64,000 nt of DNA from an uncultured virus (IMG/VR IMGVR_UViG_3300013103_000007) (lineage: Duplodnaviria; Heunggongvirae; Uroviricota; Caudoviricetes), in IMG/VR virus record IMGVR_UViG_3300013103_000007, one strand, 5' to 3'. Each line of letters starts with the position of its first letter. The first letter of the stretch is position 1. The notes under the pieces are model-generated. The model was not told where the DNA came from. It saw only the letters and a list, made by a program, of their open reading frames with translations, and did no database searches. Shown here piece by piece: positions 10,281-20,367 of the stretch. Both the position numbers and the translations under genes were made by a program.

Positions 10281-10748
10281 ATGGATATTATAAATCAAAA
10301 TCCGGATTTGGCTATAATATATATAATTATAGCATTAGTTATTGTTGGTTTTTTTGTGAATAAAAGTGTTGATAAAAAATTAAATAGATTTTTCAATATG
10401 CCGACATTTAATATGAAAGACTTTCCAGATATGCAAGTTATATTAGAATGGCATTTGGAAAGAGCATATAAAATAATTTACAAAGATGAAATACTTGTAT
10501 TTTCAGCCGAAGGTATGACAGTTAGAGAAGAAGATTATACAAAAATTCAAAAACATTTCTTAAATTTATCTATTGATTTGATGGGCGATACTCTTTTAAA
10601 TCATTTGACTTGGTTTTATGGAAATGAAATGGTCTTGTATAGGAATATGTGTTTGTATTTTGATGAATCATATGAATCTGATACTTTGCGAGATGAAAGT
10701 ATAAAAGCACAAATGGGTGAAGAACTTACTTCAACACCATTGGCGTAA
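10281..10748 (+). CDS. Hypothetical protein with N-terminal TM helix
   Basis: LAIIYIIIALVIVGFFV segment. Confidence 0.6.
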   Translation: MDIINQNPDLAIIYIIIALVIVGFFVNKSVDKKLNRFFNMPTFNMKDFPDMQVILEWHLERAYKIIYKDEILVFSAEGMTVREEDYTKIQKHFLNLSIDLMGDTLLNHLTWFYGNEMVLYRNMCLYFDESYESDTLRDESIKAQMGEELTSTPLA

Positions 10749-10817
10749 TAATTTATCTTATTTATGGAACATATATAAGAGATAATTGTTTTTGTTTATT
10801 ATAAAAAAGGTAATCGA

Positions 10818-12782
10818 ATGGCTGATAAAAAGAACTCAACCCAAAGCACTTTTGACAATTTGAAGAAGATGGTTGTTGGGGTCAAAACTACAACTACTGA
10901 TACAAAATTGGATAATGCAATTGGAGATATTTTAACCCACCGTGCGAATTCTGGGCGGGTGCGATATATTGAATATTTACAATCATTAATATCAAAAGGT
11001 GCATCGAGTGGTGTTGATATAAAAAATCTCACCGAAGTTGGCGCGGGGAATATGTATGGTGCTGGGATGCAATCTGCAAGGATGTCTCGGTATGGATTTT
11101 ATGAATCAATTACAGGTTTTATTAATTATTGTGTCAGAGCTTTAAATGTATTAACTGATAATATTTTATCTCCTGATGATATTACAAAAGTATCGTTGAA
11201 TGTTCAAATTGGTGAATCAACAGGAAGTGATACGGATACAGATACAAAAGAAAGAGAAATAAAAAATTTATTACACAGCTTGAATTTAGAAAAGAACCTA
11301 AATATGATTTGTAAAACAACTCTTCATAAAGGTGATTTCTTTTGTGAAATAAGTACCGCAAGTGAAGTGTTGACCGCTAGAACTTTATTAACTGAGCAAC
11401 AACTAATAGATCAAACAAAAGTTGGGCATGAATGTTTGTCAGAACAAGAAATACATGAAGGGATGGAGCCAAATGAAATACTTCCAACTATTGATCTAAT
11501 TGAAGAGCGAATAACTCTTCCACCAAAAGGCAACGAAAGAAAGGGTGAAGAAATAGATTTCAAAATGTATATTGATTATAATATGTATAATGAAAATGAT
11601 AGTTCCGAGGAAGAGGAAAAAGATAAATATTCAAAATCAAAAATAAGATTGATTTATCACAACCCTGCCCAGGTTATCAGACTGCAAAGTGAAATGTATC
11701 CAATTTGTTTTGGTTTTTTGGTGTTCCCCAGATATTACTCAACGCAAGTTGTTCCAATCGAAGAACAATTTATCAATAATGTTTGTCAGAAAATATTACA
11801 AAGTGTTGTAAGACAGAATATCAATTTAGATGGATTAGATGAAAAAGTTCAAACCGATTTGAAAGATATACTTTCCAAATTTTTGAATCGTTCAAAAAAT
11901 CATACATATGCACATGTTCGATATGTTCCAGCTGATAAAATGCAACACTTTAAAGTGCCTAGCTCAAAGCATTATCCATATGGTGAATCCATTTTTGAAG
12001 GTGGGCAGTTTACAGCTAAAGTTTTAATTGCCTTGGAAACAGCTTTAGCAATCCAGCGATTAAGCAGATCGACCGAAAAACGTAAAATATTGGTTGATAT
12101 TGGGTTAGGAAGAGATGCCGCTAATATGGTAGAGAAGATGAAAGAATCCTTTAAAAAGAGAAAAGTAAGTCTGGATTCATTCGGTTCAATTGATACCATT
12201 CCAAGTATGGTCACCACATTTGAGGATATATTTATACCCCAAAAAGATGGTAAACAATTTGTTGATATTCAAAGTTACAATGAAGGAAATGTTGATATTA
12301 GAAGTAAGGTTGATGAATTAAAATTTCTACGCGACCAGCTTTTAAGTTCATTGGGTATTCCTTCCCAATTTTTAAATATTGAAGAAAATTCAAGTCTGCG
12401 TTCAACTTTAACTGAAGAAAATGTATTATTTGCAAGAACAATTATTAGTCATCAAAAATATTTAAATGAACAATTGACGGAATTGATTAATAAGGTATAT
12501 CAATTAATTGATCCCGAAAATTGTGATGAGATAATGAATTCCGTAACTGTACATTTTCCACCGCCTCAAAGTTTGCAATTTGAAAGGCAGAGCAAATATA
12601 TCTCGGATTTATCCAATATGATTCGAAGTCTTGAAGAAATCGGTGTTCCGAAAGAATATGCTAGGAAGAAATTTCTAACACAAATAGATTGGCTTGAAAT
12701 TGAAAAATATGAAATAGATAGCAAAATTGATAAAACTGTTGAAGGTGGGGAAGATGACCAGGGCGGAATGGGGAGTTATTAA
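10818..12782 (+). CDS. Portal vertex protein (T4 gp20-like)
   Basis: PYGESIFE...LETALAIQRLSRSTEKRKILVDIG, EDIFIP, DELKFLRDQLLSSLGIP resemble gp20 motifs; position before protease and capsid. Confidence 0.85.
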   Translation: MADKKNSTQSTFDNLKKMVVGVKTTTTDTKLDNAIGDILTHRANSGRVRYIEYLQSLISKGASSGVDIKNLTEVGAGNMYGAGMQSARMSRYGFYESITGFINYCVRALNVLTDNILSPDDITKVSLNVQIGESTGSDTDTDTKEREIKNLLHSLNLEKNLNMICKTTLHKGDFFCEISTASEVLTARTLLTEQQLIDQTKVGHECLSEQEIHEGMEPNEILPTIDLIEERITLPPKGNERKGEEIDFKMYIDYNMYNENDSSEEEEKDKYSKSKIRLIYHNPAQVIRLQSEMYPICFGFLVFPRYYSTQVVPIEEQFINNVCQKILQSVVRQNINLDGLDEKVQTDLKDILSKFLNRSKNHTYAHVRYVPADKMQHFKVPSSKHYPYGESIFEGGQFTAKVLIALETALAIQRLSRSTEKRKILVDIGLGRDAANMVEKMKESFKKRKVSLDSFGSIDTIPSMVTTFEDIFIPQKDGKQFVDIQSYNEGNVDIRSKVDELKFLRDQLLSSLGIPSQFLNIEENSSLRSTLTEENVLFARTIISHQKYLNEQLTELINKVYQLIDPENCDEIMNSVTVHFPPPQSLQFERQSKYISDLSNMIRSLEEIGVPKEYARKKFLTQIDWLEIEKYEIDSKIDKTVEGGEDDQGGMGSY

Positions 12783-12784
12783 AA

Positions 12785-13333
12785 ATGAACGTTATAAGAA
12801 AAAATAAATTAACAATTGGCGATACTGAGAATATGTTATTATCGTTATACGAACAAGCTCAGGATCCCAATGACCCCAGTGCCAAAGAGCCAAAACCCCC
12901 AGCACAAGACCAACCGAAAGAACCCGAAGTTGAGCCTCCGACGGACGACCCAGCTGCTGATGAAGGCGACCCAGCCGGTGGCGACCCAGCTGCTGAAATG
13001 GGTGATCCAGCTGCTGATGATGGTGGCATGGGTGGTGGTGAAATGGGTGGTGAAGTAGAAGAAGCTACCGCTGAAAAAGTGGGGCGAATGTATGAATTAA
13101 AAAGGATTCATTATCGCCTGGTTACAATTCAAAATCATCTGGATACATATACGGATGAAAAATTAGTTAGAATAAAAGATTATGTTGGAAGATCTTTAGA
13201 ATTATTTAAAATTGTTATTGATAATTATGACAAATACGAACAACAAATTGACGATATCATATTACAATATTATGATTTTATTGCAAATGTATATGATAAT
13301 GTCAAATCTACCATTAAGTCTATTAAAGACTAA
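12785..13333 (+). CDS. Head-module hypothetical protein (acidic Pro/Gly-rich linker)
   Basis: ORF between portal and protease. Confidence 0.6.
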   Translation: MNVIRKNKLTIGDTENMLLSLYEQAQDPNDPSAKEPKPPAQDQPKEPEVEPPTDDPAADEGDPAGGDPAAEMGDPAADDGGMGGGEMGGEVEEATAEKVGRMYELKRIHYRLVTIQNHLDTYTDEKLVRIKDYVGRSLELFKIVIDNYDKYEQQIDDIILQYYDFIANVYDNVKSTIKSIKD

Positions 13334-13344
13334 AGGCGGCAACT

Positions 13345-14007
13345 ATGTCTAAATTAATATGCGAACAGGCTATATATCAAGAAGCAGAGCTTATAAAATC
13401 AACCGGTGACAAGGCAATATTTCGGTCAGTTATTCAAAGCGCAGATGATGAAAATAGAAACAAACGCGTATACCCAATGAATGTATTAAATCAGGGTATG
13501 AATGATTGTCGAGAGCGTATGTCACGACGAGCTTTTGTAAATGAATTGGATCATCCTATCCCATCTGGCAATAAACAATTTGATGCCATGCGTCAGACAA
13601 CTGTGCTTCTAGACCAGGTCAGTCATATTATTCGTGATTATCAATTTGAAGGGACAATTCTCAAAGCTGAAATGGAAACCACGTCAACCCCAAAAGGTAA
13701 TATTTTGGCTGGCTTGATGAAAGATAGAAGTGGTATTGGTTTTTCAATGCGTGGGCTTGGGTCGGTTGACCATATGGGTGGACGAAATGTTGTTCAAGGT
13801 CCTTTGACGATTATTTCATATGATGCTGTTTCTCGCCCTTCACATCAAGGTGCGGTTGTTGATTTTCGTGAAATGAAATTTGAATCAGAAAATCTTTTAC
13901 AAGAAGGCGAAGATTTAATTGATTTTAATGGACATGTTTATCTTCCAAATTATTTTGACAAATTAGTTGAACAACATCTCATTCAATTTATGAATCGTTG
14001 GGTATAA
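13345..14007 (+). CDS. Prohead core protease (T4 gp21-like)
   Basis: NRNKRVYP, ELDHP, VSH, GFSMRGLGS, YDAVSRPS motifs. Confidence 0.9.
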   Translation: MSKLICEQAIYQEAELIKSTGDKAIFRSVIQSADDENRNKRVYPMNVLNQGMNDCRERMSRRAFVNELDHPIPSGNKQFDAMRQTTVLLDQVSHIIRDYQFEGTILKAEMETTSTPKGNILAGLMKDRSGIGFSMRGLGSVDHMGGRNVVQGPLTIISYDAVSRPSHQGAVVDFREMKFESENLLQEGEDLIDFNGHVYLPNYFDKLVEQHLIQFMNRWV

Positions 14008-14013
14008 AATGCT

Positions 14014-14376
14014 ATGAAACCCCATAATTATAAAAAATTACTAATAGAAGGTATTTTTAATAAGTCCAAACTTTCATGCGATTTATATATAAAGAAATTT
14101 ATATATGATAAATTTGATAAAGCAGAAAAGAAGCATACCGAAGAATTAAAAAGAATTGATTATCATGTCTCAAAAGAAGAAAAGAGAAAGTATCAGTTAA
14201 GTGCAGCAATGTATTTGTATGATGCAAAAATCGAAGCTGTTAATTCAGCTTATAGGGATGTTAATAGTAGTATGAATCCAGAATCATGTAAAAAACGAAT
14301 AGTGGAAATAGGCGAAGCATTATTCAAAAAGGCAAAGAAAACCCAAAAAGAATACAATTCTATTAAATCGAAATAA
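14014..14376 (+). CDS. Hypothetical protein
   Basis: ORF track. Confidence 0.55.
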   Translation: MKPHNYKKLLIEGIFNKSKLSCDLYIKKFIYDKFDKAEKKHTEELKRIDYHVSKEEKRKYQLSAAMYLYDAKIEAVNSAYRDVNSSMNPESCKKRIVEIGEALFKKAKKTQKEYNSIKSK

Positions 14377-14587
14377 ATTTTTTTGGTAAAAATATGAAAA
14401 AAATATAACTATTGATTACCAATTGTTATATAGAGTTCGTGAAAATGTTGAAAAAAGTAGACATGAAATTGGCGAGACTCTTATTAAAAAAATAGCTGAT
14501 GGTTTCAGAATTAGATAGTAAGGCACGAACATTACAGAAAAAATGGAAAAGTTTTAATATGGATAAATAATCTCTTGGAGTAATATT

Positions 14588-14893
14588 ATGTCACTTGATA
14601 TGAAGATAGACCCACAATATGATGAATTTTTGAAATCAAGTAAAGACCAGGACAGATTAATTGAATTGTTGTTAGACATTCAATTAATCTGTTTGAATGA
14701 TGGTAATTTTGAAGGCCACAAAAATATCGATGAATTGAAAAATCTAAATATAATTTTGACAGATAAAATAAACTCCAAAAAAATTATATTAGATAAAGCA
14801 ATCGAAGCCTCCAAAAGTATTGACGAAAGGTTGGAGAAGATCAGTTTAGTAAATATGAAAGATTGTGCTAAATGCATTTCCGCTTTGGTTTAA
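14588..14893 (+). CDS. Hypothetical protein
   Basis: ORF with GGAG RBS. Confidence 0.55.
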   Translation: MSLDMKIDPQYDEFLKSSKDQDRLIELLLDIQLICLNDGNFEGHKNIDELKNLNIILTDKINSKKIILDKAIEASKSIDERLEKISLVNMKDCAKCISALV

Positions 14894-14920
14894 AAATTAT
14901 ATAGCGAAAAGGATGAAATC

Positions 14921-15331
14921 ATGGAAATAGTCGAAAGTAATATCCCCGATATAAAACCTACAAATCCCCCCGACACAAAAAAAGAAGAACTTGCTAATAA
15001 AGTAATTAATACAGTATCGCCTCTATTGGATGAAACCCAATATCAATTGAAAATTAAGAATGAACAATTGTCAAATAAATTGAAATTGATTGAAGGTAAC
15101 ATTTTTGAATTGAAAGATAAGTTAGATAATAAAATTTCTAAATATGAAAAAGAAAGAGTTATAAGGAATTTATTATCAATTATTCAAAAAGCTATTCAAA
15201 ATGGTTCTATTTATACAGGTACTTTATCAAGCGAAATATCAACCTTCCTAAACGACATGCATTCTCCAACCATGGATTATTTACAAACACTGACTGTAAA
15301 AATGACTGAAACATTAAGGTCTATTAGATAA
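14921..15331 (+). CDS. Hypothetical coiled-coil protein
   Basis: ORF with AAGGA RBS. Confidence 0.55.
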   Translation: MEIVESNIPDIKPTNPPDTKKEELANKVINTVSPLLDETQYQLKIKNEQLSNKLKLIEGNIFELKDKLDNKISKYEKERVIRNLLSIIQKAIQNGSIYTGTLSSEISTFLNDMHSPTMDYLQTLTVKMTETLRSIR

Positions 15332-15514
15332 TAAGATCTGTTCTTATTAAATACTTCCTAGTTCACATATTTGGTTTTAAGATTAGAACATATATATGAT
15401 AAAGATTTTGTTCTAATTTTGAAATTCGCGGAGCTGTTCGAGGATTGGCTTATACATTTATATATAGGTTAAACCCAGTTCCATTTTTGTAGAACTTTTT
15501 TGGAGGTATTTAAA

Positions 15515-16969
15515 ATGTTAATGAAAGAAATGCTTACCGAAGCTTATGCATCTACTGCCAAGATTACTGGCGTGGATCCGTCTAAGCCTGGTAACATCAA
15601 AGGTCTCTTGGTTAATGATGATGCTTTTGGTGTTTATGTTGATGCTCTGTCCGAAGGTCTGGATGCAAGTGATCTTGCTGGTTTCAAGACTCTGTCTGAG
15701 AATACCCGGATCAATTTGCTTGAAAACTCCATGTTTCAGGTTAACCCTTATGAAAGCCTAACGCTTCCGGTTATGCGTGTTTTCTACCCCCGTCTTATTG
15801 CTAAAGAAGCGGTAACCGTTTCTCCGATGGATAAGCCGGAATGTGTTCGCCCTGTACTGAAAGCGTCTTTCGAGAAACATGGTGACCCCAATTCATATCA
15901 GGCTCCTTCTATTAATGAAGATATTTCTGGCGGCCCTGCGATTGGTACTCCGGTTGCTGCTGTCATGGCTGTTCCGTCAACCAATTTTGATGTTCTCAAT
16001 GAAGTTGGAATTACAGCTGCCGAAGCTCATCTGGAACGTGATTTCATGATCACCGCTGTTTCTGCTGATGGTACAACTTTTACAGAAGTTAGCATTGTTC
16101 CGGCTGTTGAAGGTCATTTTTCAGACACTGTTACAGTTGGTGGTTCTGATGATGTTGTTTCAGGAATGGTTGATTATCTGGCTGGCACAGTTTCTCTGTC
16201 GTCTACTGCCGGTGTTGTCAATTTCGTTCGTTATTCGGTCACCTGTTCCCTCGAAGAGAATATGGTTAATCCGAAAGTCAAATTGATTGTTGATAAAATT
16301 CGGTTGTATGCGAAAGATCGTCAGATTTCTGCTAATTGGTCGATTCACATGGAACAGGATATGAAAGCCCTGTTTGATGTTTCCCTCCAAGCTGAAATCG
16401 TAAACGTTCTTGGTCAGCAAATCGCTCTTGATATTGACCGTGAAATCATCAACAACCTTTTGACCGCTAATGCTCGGTTGAATCCTGCCACTCATACCCG
16501 GACCTTCAATGCAAGTACTCCGCCGGCTGGTTACAACTGGGGCATCAAATATTGGCATGAAAATATTATTTCAGATATGAATAAACTGTCGGCTCAGATT
16601 TATACCGATACAAACATGGCTGCTGGTAATACAGTTCTTGCTAATCCGCTTGATGTTTCCGTTTTGGAAGATATCAATACATTCCGGTATAATGGAACTG
16701 CAGAAGACGGTGGTGACCTTGGTTATCGTTCTGCTACTGTTGCTGGTGGTAAATGGAAAGTTTTGACTTCTGCTGTTGTTCCGCAGGGCAAAATGTTGAT
16801 GGTTTATAAACCGGTCGAAGAGATTCGTGCCGTATATGTTTATTCTCCGTACGTTCCAGTTGTCATGAGCCCGTACCCTCTCGGAGCTACACCTAGTCTG
16901 ACCATCCTGAGTCGTTCAGCTCAGGCTATGATCAGATCTCTTGGTGTAGCTGTTCTGAATATTACATAA
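15515..16969 (+). CDS. Major capsid protein (T4 gp23-like)
   Basis: RQISANWSIHMEQDMKALF...QIALDIDREII and YVYSPYVP motifs; strongly biased codon usage; GGAGG RBS before ATG 15515. Confidence 0.9.
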   Translation: MLMKEMLTEAYASTAKITGVDPSKPGNIKGLLVNDDAFGVYVDALSEGLDASDLAGFKTLSENTRINLLENSMFQVNPYESLTLPVMRVFYPRLIAKEAVTVSPMDKPECVRPVLKASFEKHGDPNSYQAPSINEDISGGPAIGTPVAAVMAVPSTNFDVLNEVGITAAEAHLERDFMITAVSADGTTFTEVSIVPAVEGHFSDTVTVGGSDDVVSGMVDYLAGTVSLSSTAGVVNFVRYSVTCSLEENMVNPKVKLIVDKIRLYAKDRQISANWSIHMEQDMKALFDVSLQAEIVNVLGQQIALDIDREIINNLLTANARLNPATHTRTFNASTPPAGYNWGIKYWHENIISDMNKLSAQIYTDTNMAAGNTVLANPLDVSVLEDINTFRYNGTAEDGGDLGYRSATVAGGKWKVLTSAVVPQGKMLMVYKPVEEIRAVYVYSPYVPVVMSPYPLGATPSLTILSRSAQAMIRSLGVAVLNIT

Positions 16970-16989
16970 TAAGTAATATTTAAGTAAGC

Positions 16990-17032
16990 AAAAAAAGGTC
17001 GCCTCAGAATTAATTTTCTGAGGCGACCTTTT
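16990..17032. terminator. Bidirectional terminator between convergent genes
   Basis: AAAAGGTCGCCTCAGAA...TTCTGAGGCGACCTTTT. Confidence 0.88.
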
Positions 17033-17044
17033 ACTACGTGATTT

Positions 17045-19174
17045 TTAATCGAATAATAAAACAGAACCCATTTTATTATTTTTATTGTTTGCTTTAATTG
17101 CATTCTCAGATGCCTTAGGATTTTTCAAACCTTTAGCACTGCATTCTGGACAAATTGAAAATTTATTCATCGCTCGCAAATTTATTTCAAATTCCTTTTT
17201 ACAATAATAACAATTAACCACCTTATCCAATTTTACTTTCACACCCGCATCTTTACAAGTCTGACATAAAACTCTATTTACCCCAACAAATGCAGAATGT
17301 TCAGTTTCAGTACCACAATTTACACATGGATCAATTCTCATACCAGATGGAACTTGAATTGATTCAGTGATTCGAATTTTCTTTTTTTCATCTTCAATAT
17401 CACTTTCGGTTATAAGAGAATCTTTTTTCATTAAAAATCTGGTTTGTCCACAATCATAATATTTACCAGTGTTGGCTTTTATATTTTTCATATGACGTGA
17501 ATAAATATGGCCATTGTAATCCACCAGATAATATTCCGGATCACCATTTCCCACAAAAGTAAAACCTAATTGGATGTAAAGATTATCAGATGACCACGAT
17601 CGATCATCCATGGCATGTATTTTATCCCATGTATATTGTTCTTTAAAATGGGTTAATAAATTTGCATATAATTGAACCGACTCATAAAATCCGAATTTTG
17701 TAGCAACCCGATGTAATTCCCAACGATTCTCATTATATTTTTTGTTTGTTTTTATTGATTCTTTGAATGTCATAATAGCAACCAATTCATTATCAGGCGT
17801 AAATGCTCCTAAAGCAACATTTGAATAATCAACGCCCTCTAAATGATATTGTCGTAGAAAATTATTTTTATCATTTTTAGTTATTACTTTTATCAAACAT
17901 TCAGATTCATTAATAATAACATTATCAAACCCCAGCGTTCGTTTCAAAGTTTCTTTTATAATTGGTTTTATATTTATCCATTGATAATCAGTAATGTGAA
18001 TTAATTTAATACCCATATTTTCACATGCCATTGTTTTTTTAACATGCTTATGTTTATCAAATGATTTATCAACATAATGATAAATACTGCTGTGAGAATA
18101 TATACCATTAAATTCAATTGCAATACCTAATGATGGGATATAAACATCCAATTCTTTTGGCGCAATTTTCTTTCGATCGTTTTGAATCACTTCTATTTCG
18201 GGAAATAATTCTTTTATAAATTCAACAATTTCTAATTCACCCATTGATTTTCCTCCTTGTCTTGGATAACATTTTGGACATCTGTAACCGTGCCCACCGT
18301 TTGATAGTGAATCATTTTGGATTTGAAACCACGATGTATTGAATATTTCACCGCACGTTAAACATTTAAAATTGTGGCGATGATGGGTACCTAAATATTT
18401 ATCATCAACCAATTTGACATTATAGTTTGGCATTTTTTCAAATATATCAATTGTAGCTTTTTTACGTTCTCGAGTTTTTGCTATTTCAATCATTTCATTG
18501 GCTCTTTTTTCGCCTATTCTTGTACTTAATGGCATTCCTTTATATGGATATGGTTTAGCGTTTTCTTTTCTTGAAGAAATTGAATTATTGTGAGATTGTT
18601 GAGTGTTTAGATCTATCCGAGCTTTTGTACGACCTTCATCTGTCTGTCTCCAATTATCAACACCATATTTTTCTTGGGTTGTTTGTTTTGTTTTTTGTTT
18701 TAATAATTGGCTTGCAAAACCAACTCCACCATATCGTTCATTATTGGTTTTTATTTTTGCTTCTTTTACACCAGGAACATGGGCAGCATTTATTACACCT
18801 TCACCATATTTCTTTTGCAATTTTTTTGTTCGTCTTTCATTTGCTTGATTTTTTCTTCGCCCATCAGGATTTTCCAACCCTTTATTTAAACAACTTTGAC
18901 AAGCTTGATTATTAGCTTCATTGTTTCTAACTTCCATATTACAATTACAATAACAACATTGAATTATTTTTATTTTATTCGCAGTGTTACCTCTTTTGTT
19001 TCCGGCTTTTCTTTTATCCATTGTATTTTTACATACTTCAATTGTTTCTGGAAAATCTTTTCTTAAATCAGCTAATGTTTTATTATGCTTTTTTAAATGT
19101 TTATAATTAATAGTTGGGAATTCCTCATTGCAATATGGACATATTACATAATCAATATTTAAAATTCTGGCCAT
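17045..19174 (-). CDS. Multi-zinc-finger homing-endonuclease-like protein (Vsr/PD-(D/E)XK-like nuclease)
   Basis: Several CxxC pairs, KYG/RYG repeats, SMGE...ELDVYIPSLGIAIEFNGIYSH nuclease motif, downstream WELHR...DRSWS...LYIQLGF domain; lone antisense gene beside capsid. Confidence 0.7.
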   Translation of the reverse strand: MARILNIDYVICPYCNEEFPTINYKHLKKHNKTLADLRKDFPETIEVCKNTMDKRKAGNKRGNTANKIKIIQCCYCNCNMEVRNNEANNQACQSCLNKGLENPDGRRKNQANERRTKKLQKKYGEGVINAAHVPGVKEAKIKTNNERYGGVGFASQLLKQKTKQTTQEKYGVDNWRQTDEGRTKARIDLNTQQSHNNSISSRKENAKPYPYKGMPLSTRIGEKRANEMIEIAKTRERKKATIDIFEKMPNYNVKLVDDKYLGTHHRHNFKCLTCGEIFNTSWFQIQNDSLSNGGHGYRCPKCYPRQGGKSMGELEIVEFIKELFPEIEVIQNDRKKIAPKELDVYIPSLGIAIEFNGIYSHSSIYHYVDKSFDKHKHVKKTMACENMGIKLIHITDYQWINIKPIIKETLKRTLGFDNVIINESECLIKVITKNDKNNFLRQYHLEGVDYSNVALGAFTPDNELVAIMTFKESIKTNKKYNENRWELHRVATKFGFYESVQLYANLLTHFKEQYTWDKIHAMDDRSWSSDNLYIQLGFTFVGNGDPEYYLVDYNGHIYSRHMKNIKANTGKYYDCGQTRFLMKKDSLITESDIEDEKKKIRITESIQVPSGMRIDPCVNCGTETEHSAFVGVNRVLCQTCKDAGVKVKLDKVVNCYYCKKEFEINLRAMNKFSICPECSAKGLKNPKASENAIKANNKNNKMGSVLLFD

Positions 19175-19232
19175 AAAATCTCCTTTTTATAATATGTTCA
19201 TCTTTAAAAAAATGCGATCTATTTAAAAATAC

Positions 19233-19267
19233 ACCCCCTTGAAATAAATTAATATTTCAAGGGGGGT
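19233..19267 (-). terminator. Hairpin, probable terminator
   Basis: ACCCCCTTGAAATA...TATTTCAAGGGGG. Confidence 0.55.
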
Positions 19268-19453
19268 TTGATTCGCTGTTGGTTTACTTTAGGCATATTC
19301 TTAGAATATCTTTAGGGTGTTGCTCGAATCATGCACACATACCTTCTATGATGTTATTTCACACGGAGTTAAAAATTTTGAGCTAAATGCGAAATAAACC
19401 GAGGAACCAACTACCCCGAACAATTTTATAGACTCAGCTCAAATTGTAAATTT

Positions 19454-20338
19454 CTACCATTTATCAGTTGGCAATTTTATATGTCTAAAATTTGCCATAT
19501 AAGATGATCTAAAAAACGCCTTTTCAGTTGCATATAGGTGTGGTGCCATTCGGCTTTTATGCCAGGCCTGAATAATCATAGCCATCTTACGGTTGACCGA
19601 ATCTGCTACTTTGGTGTCTTTCCAGTGTACAAATTTATTTCGCACCCATAGTCGAGCATCATCCGCCGCCAGATTTTCACCAGTCATCAACCCAGGAATC
19701 CAATCACAGAAAAATTCTTCATCGATGCGAAACATTCTATAACCAATAAATGTTAATAATGTAGGAGTAATGGCTATTGATTTTCGATACGTCAATAACA
19801 ATTCAGCTAAGTCAACCATTCCACGACCAGTCGGTGAAGCAACTTCTGCAGAAATTAGGTTCAATGAACCATAATAACTTTTGAAATTGTTTGGGCCATA
19901 ATCCCGAAAGAACATATCACGCTTCATTGCATCTCCAACCATTCTTGCGATTTTCAGGTTAAGGCCATCCATAACCAAAACATCACTGGCAGTTCTCGGA
20001 ACACCTGTATCCAGGGTCTTTTTTGACTCAGGACTCACTCCCCTGATTATGATTGTTGGCATAGGAAGCCCGGCGTCTATAATAGCTTCGCATCTGTGTT
20101 GCCCATCATCCAGTTCACCATTCCAATCAAATACAATTGTTGCCCCATTAAAAACCCAATTTCCAATTGTCAGATTTTCTGACATTTTTTGAATATGTTT
20201 GTTTTTCTTTGGTCGATTGCTCGGGTTTAAATTTAAGAAATCTCTAGCCATTGTTGGGGTGACATTAACTACCTCGATCGATAGTTCCGGGTTTGCTAAT
20301 GCAATATCCTCCGGAATCCTAACTGTTAACTCATGCAT
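19454..20338 (-). CDS. ParB/Srx N-terminal-like domain protein
   Basis: VTPTMARDFL...NRP...W...I.FD..GELDDGQHRCEAI...LDTG.PRT. Confidence 0.7.
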   Translation of the reverse strand: MHELTVRIPEDIALANPELSIEVVNVTPTMARDFLNLNPSNRPKKNKHIQKMSENLTIGNWVFNGATIVFDWNGELDDGQHRCEAIIDAGLPMPTIIIRGVSPESKKTLDTGVPRTASDVLVMDGLNLKIARMVGDAMKRDMFFRDYGPNNFKSYYGSLNLISAEVASPTGRGMVDLAELLLTYRKSIAITPTLLTFIGYRMFRIDEEFFCDWIPGLMTGENLAADDARLWVRNKFVHWKDTKVADSVNRKMAMIIQAWHKSRMAPHLYATEKAFFRSSYMANFRHIKLPTDKW

Positions 20339-20367
20339 TGTTATTTTTCCTTTTTATTAAAAGTTAA

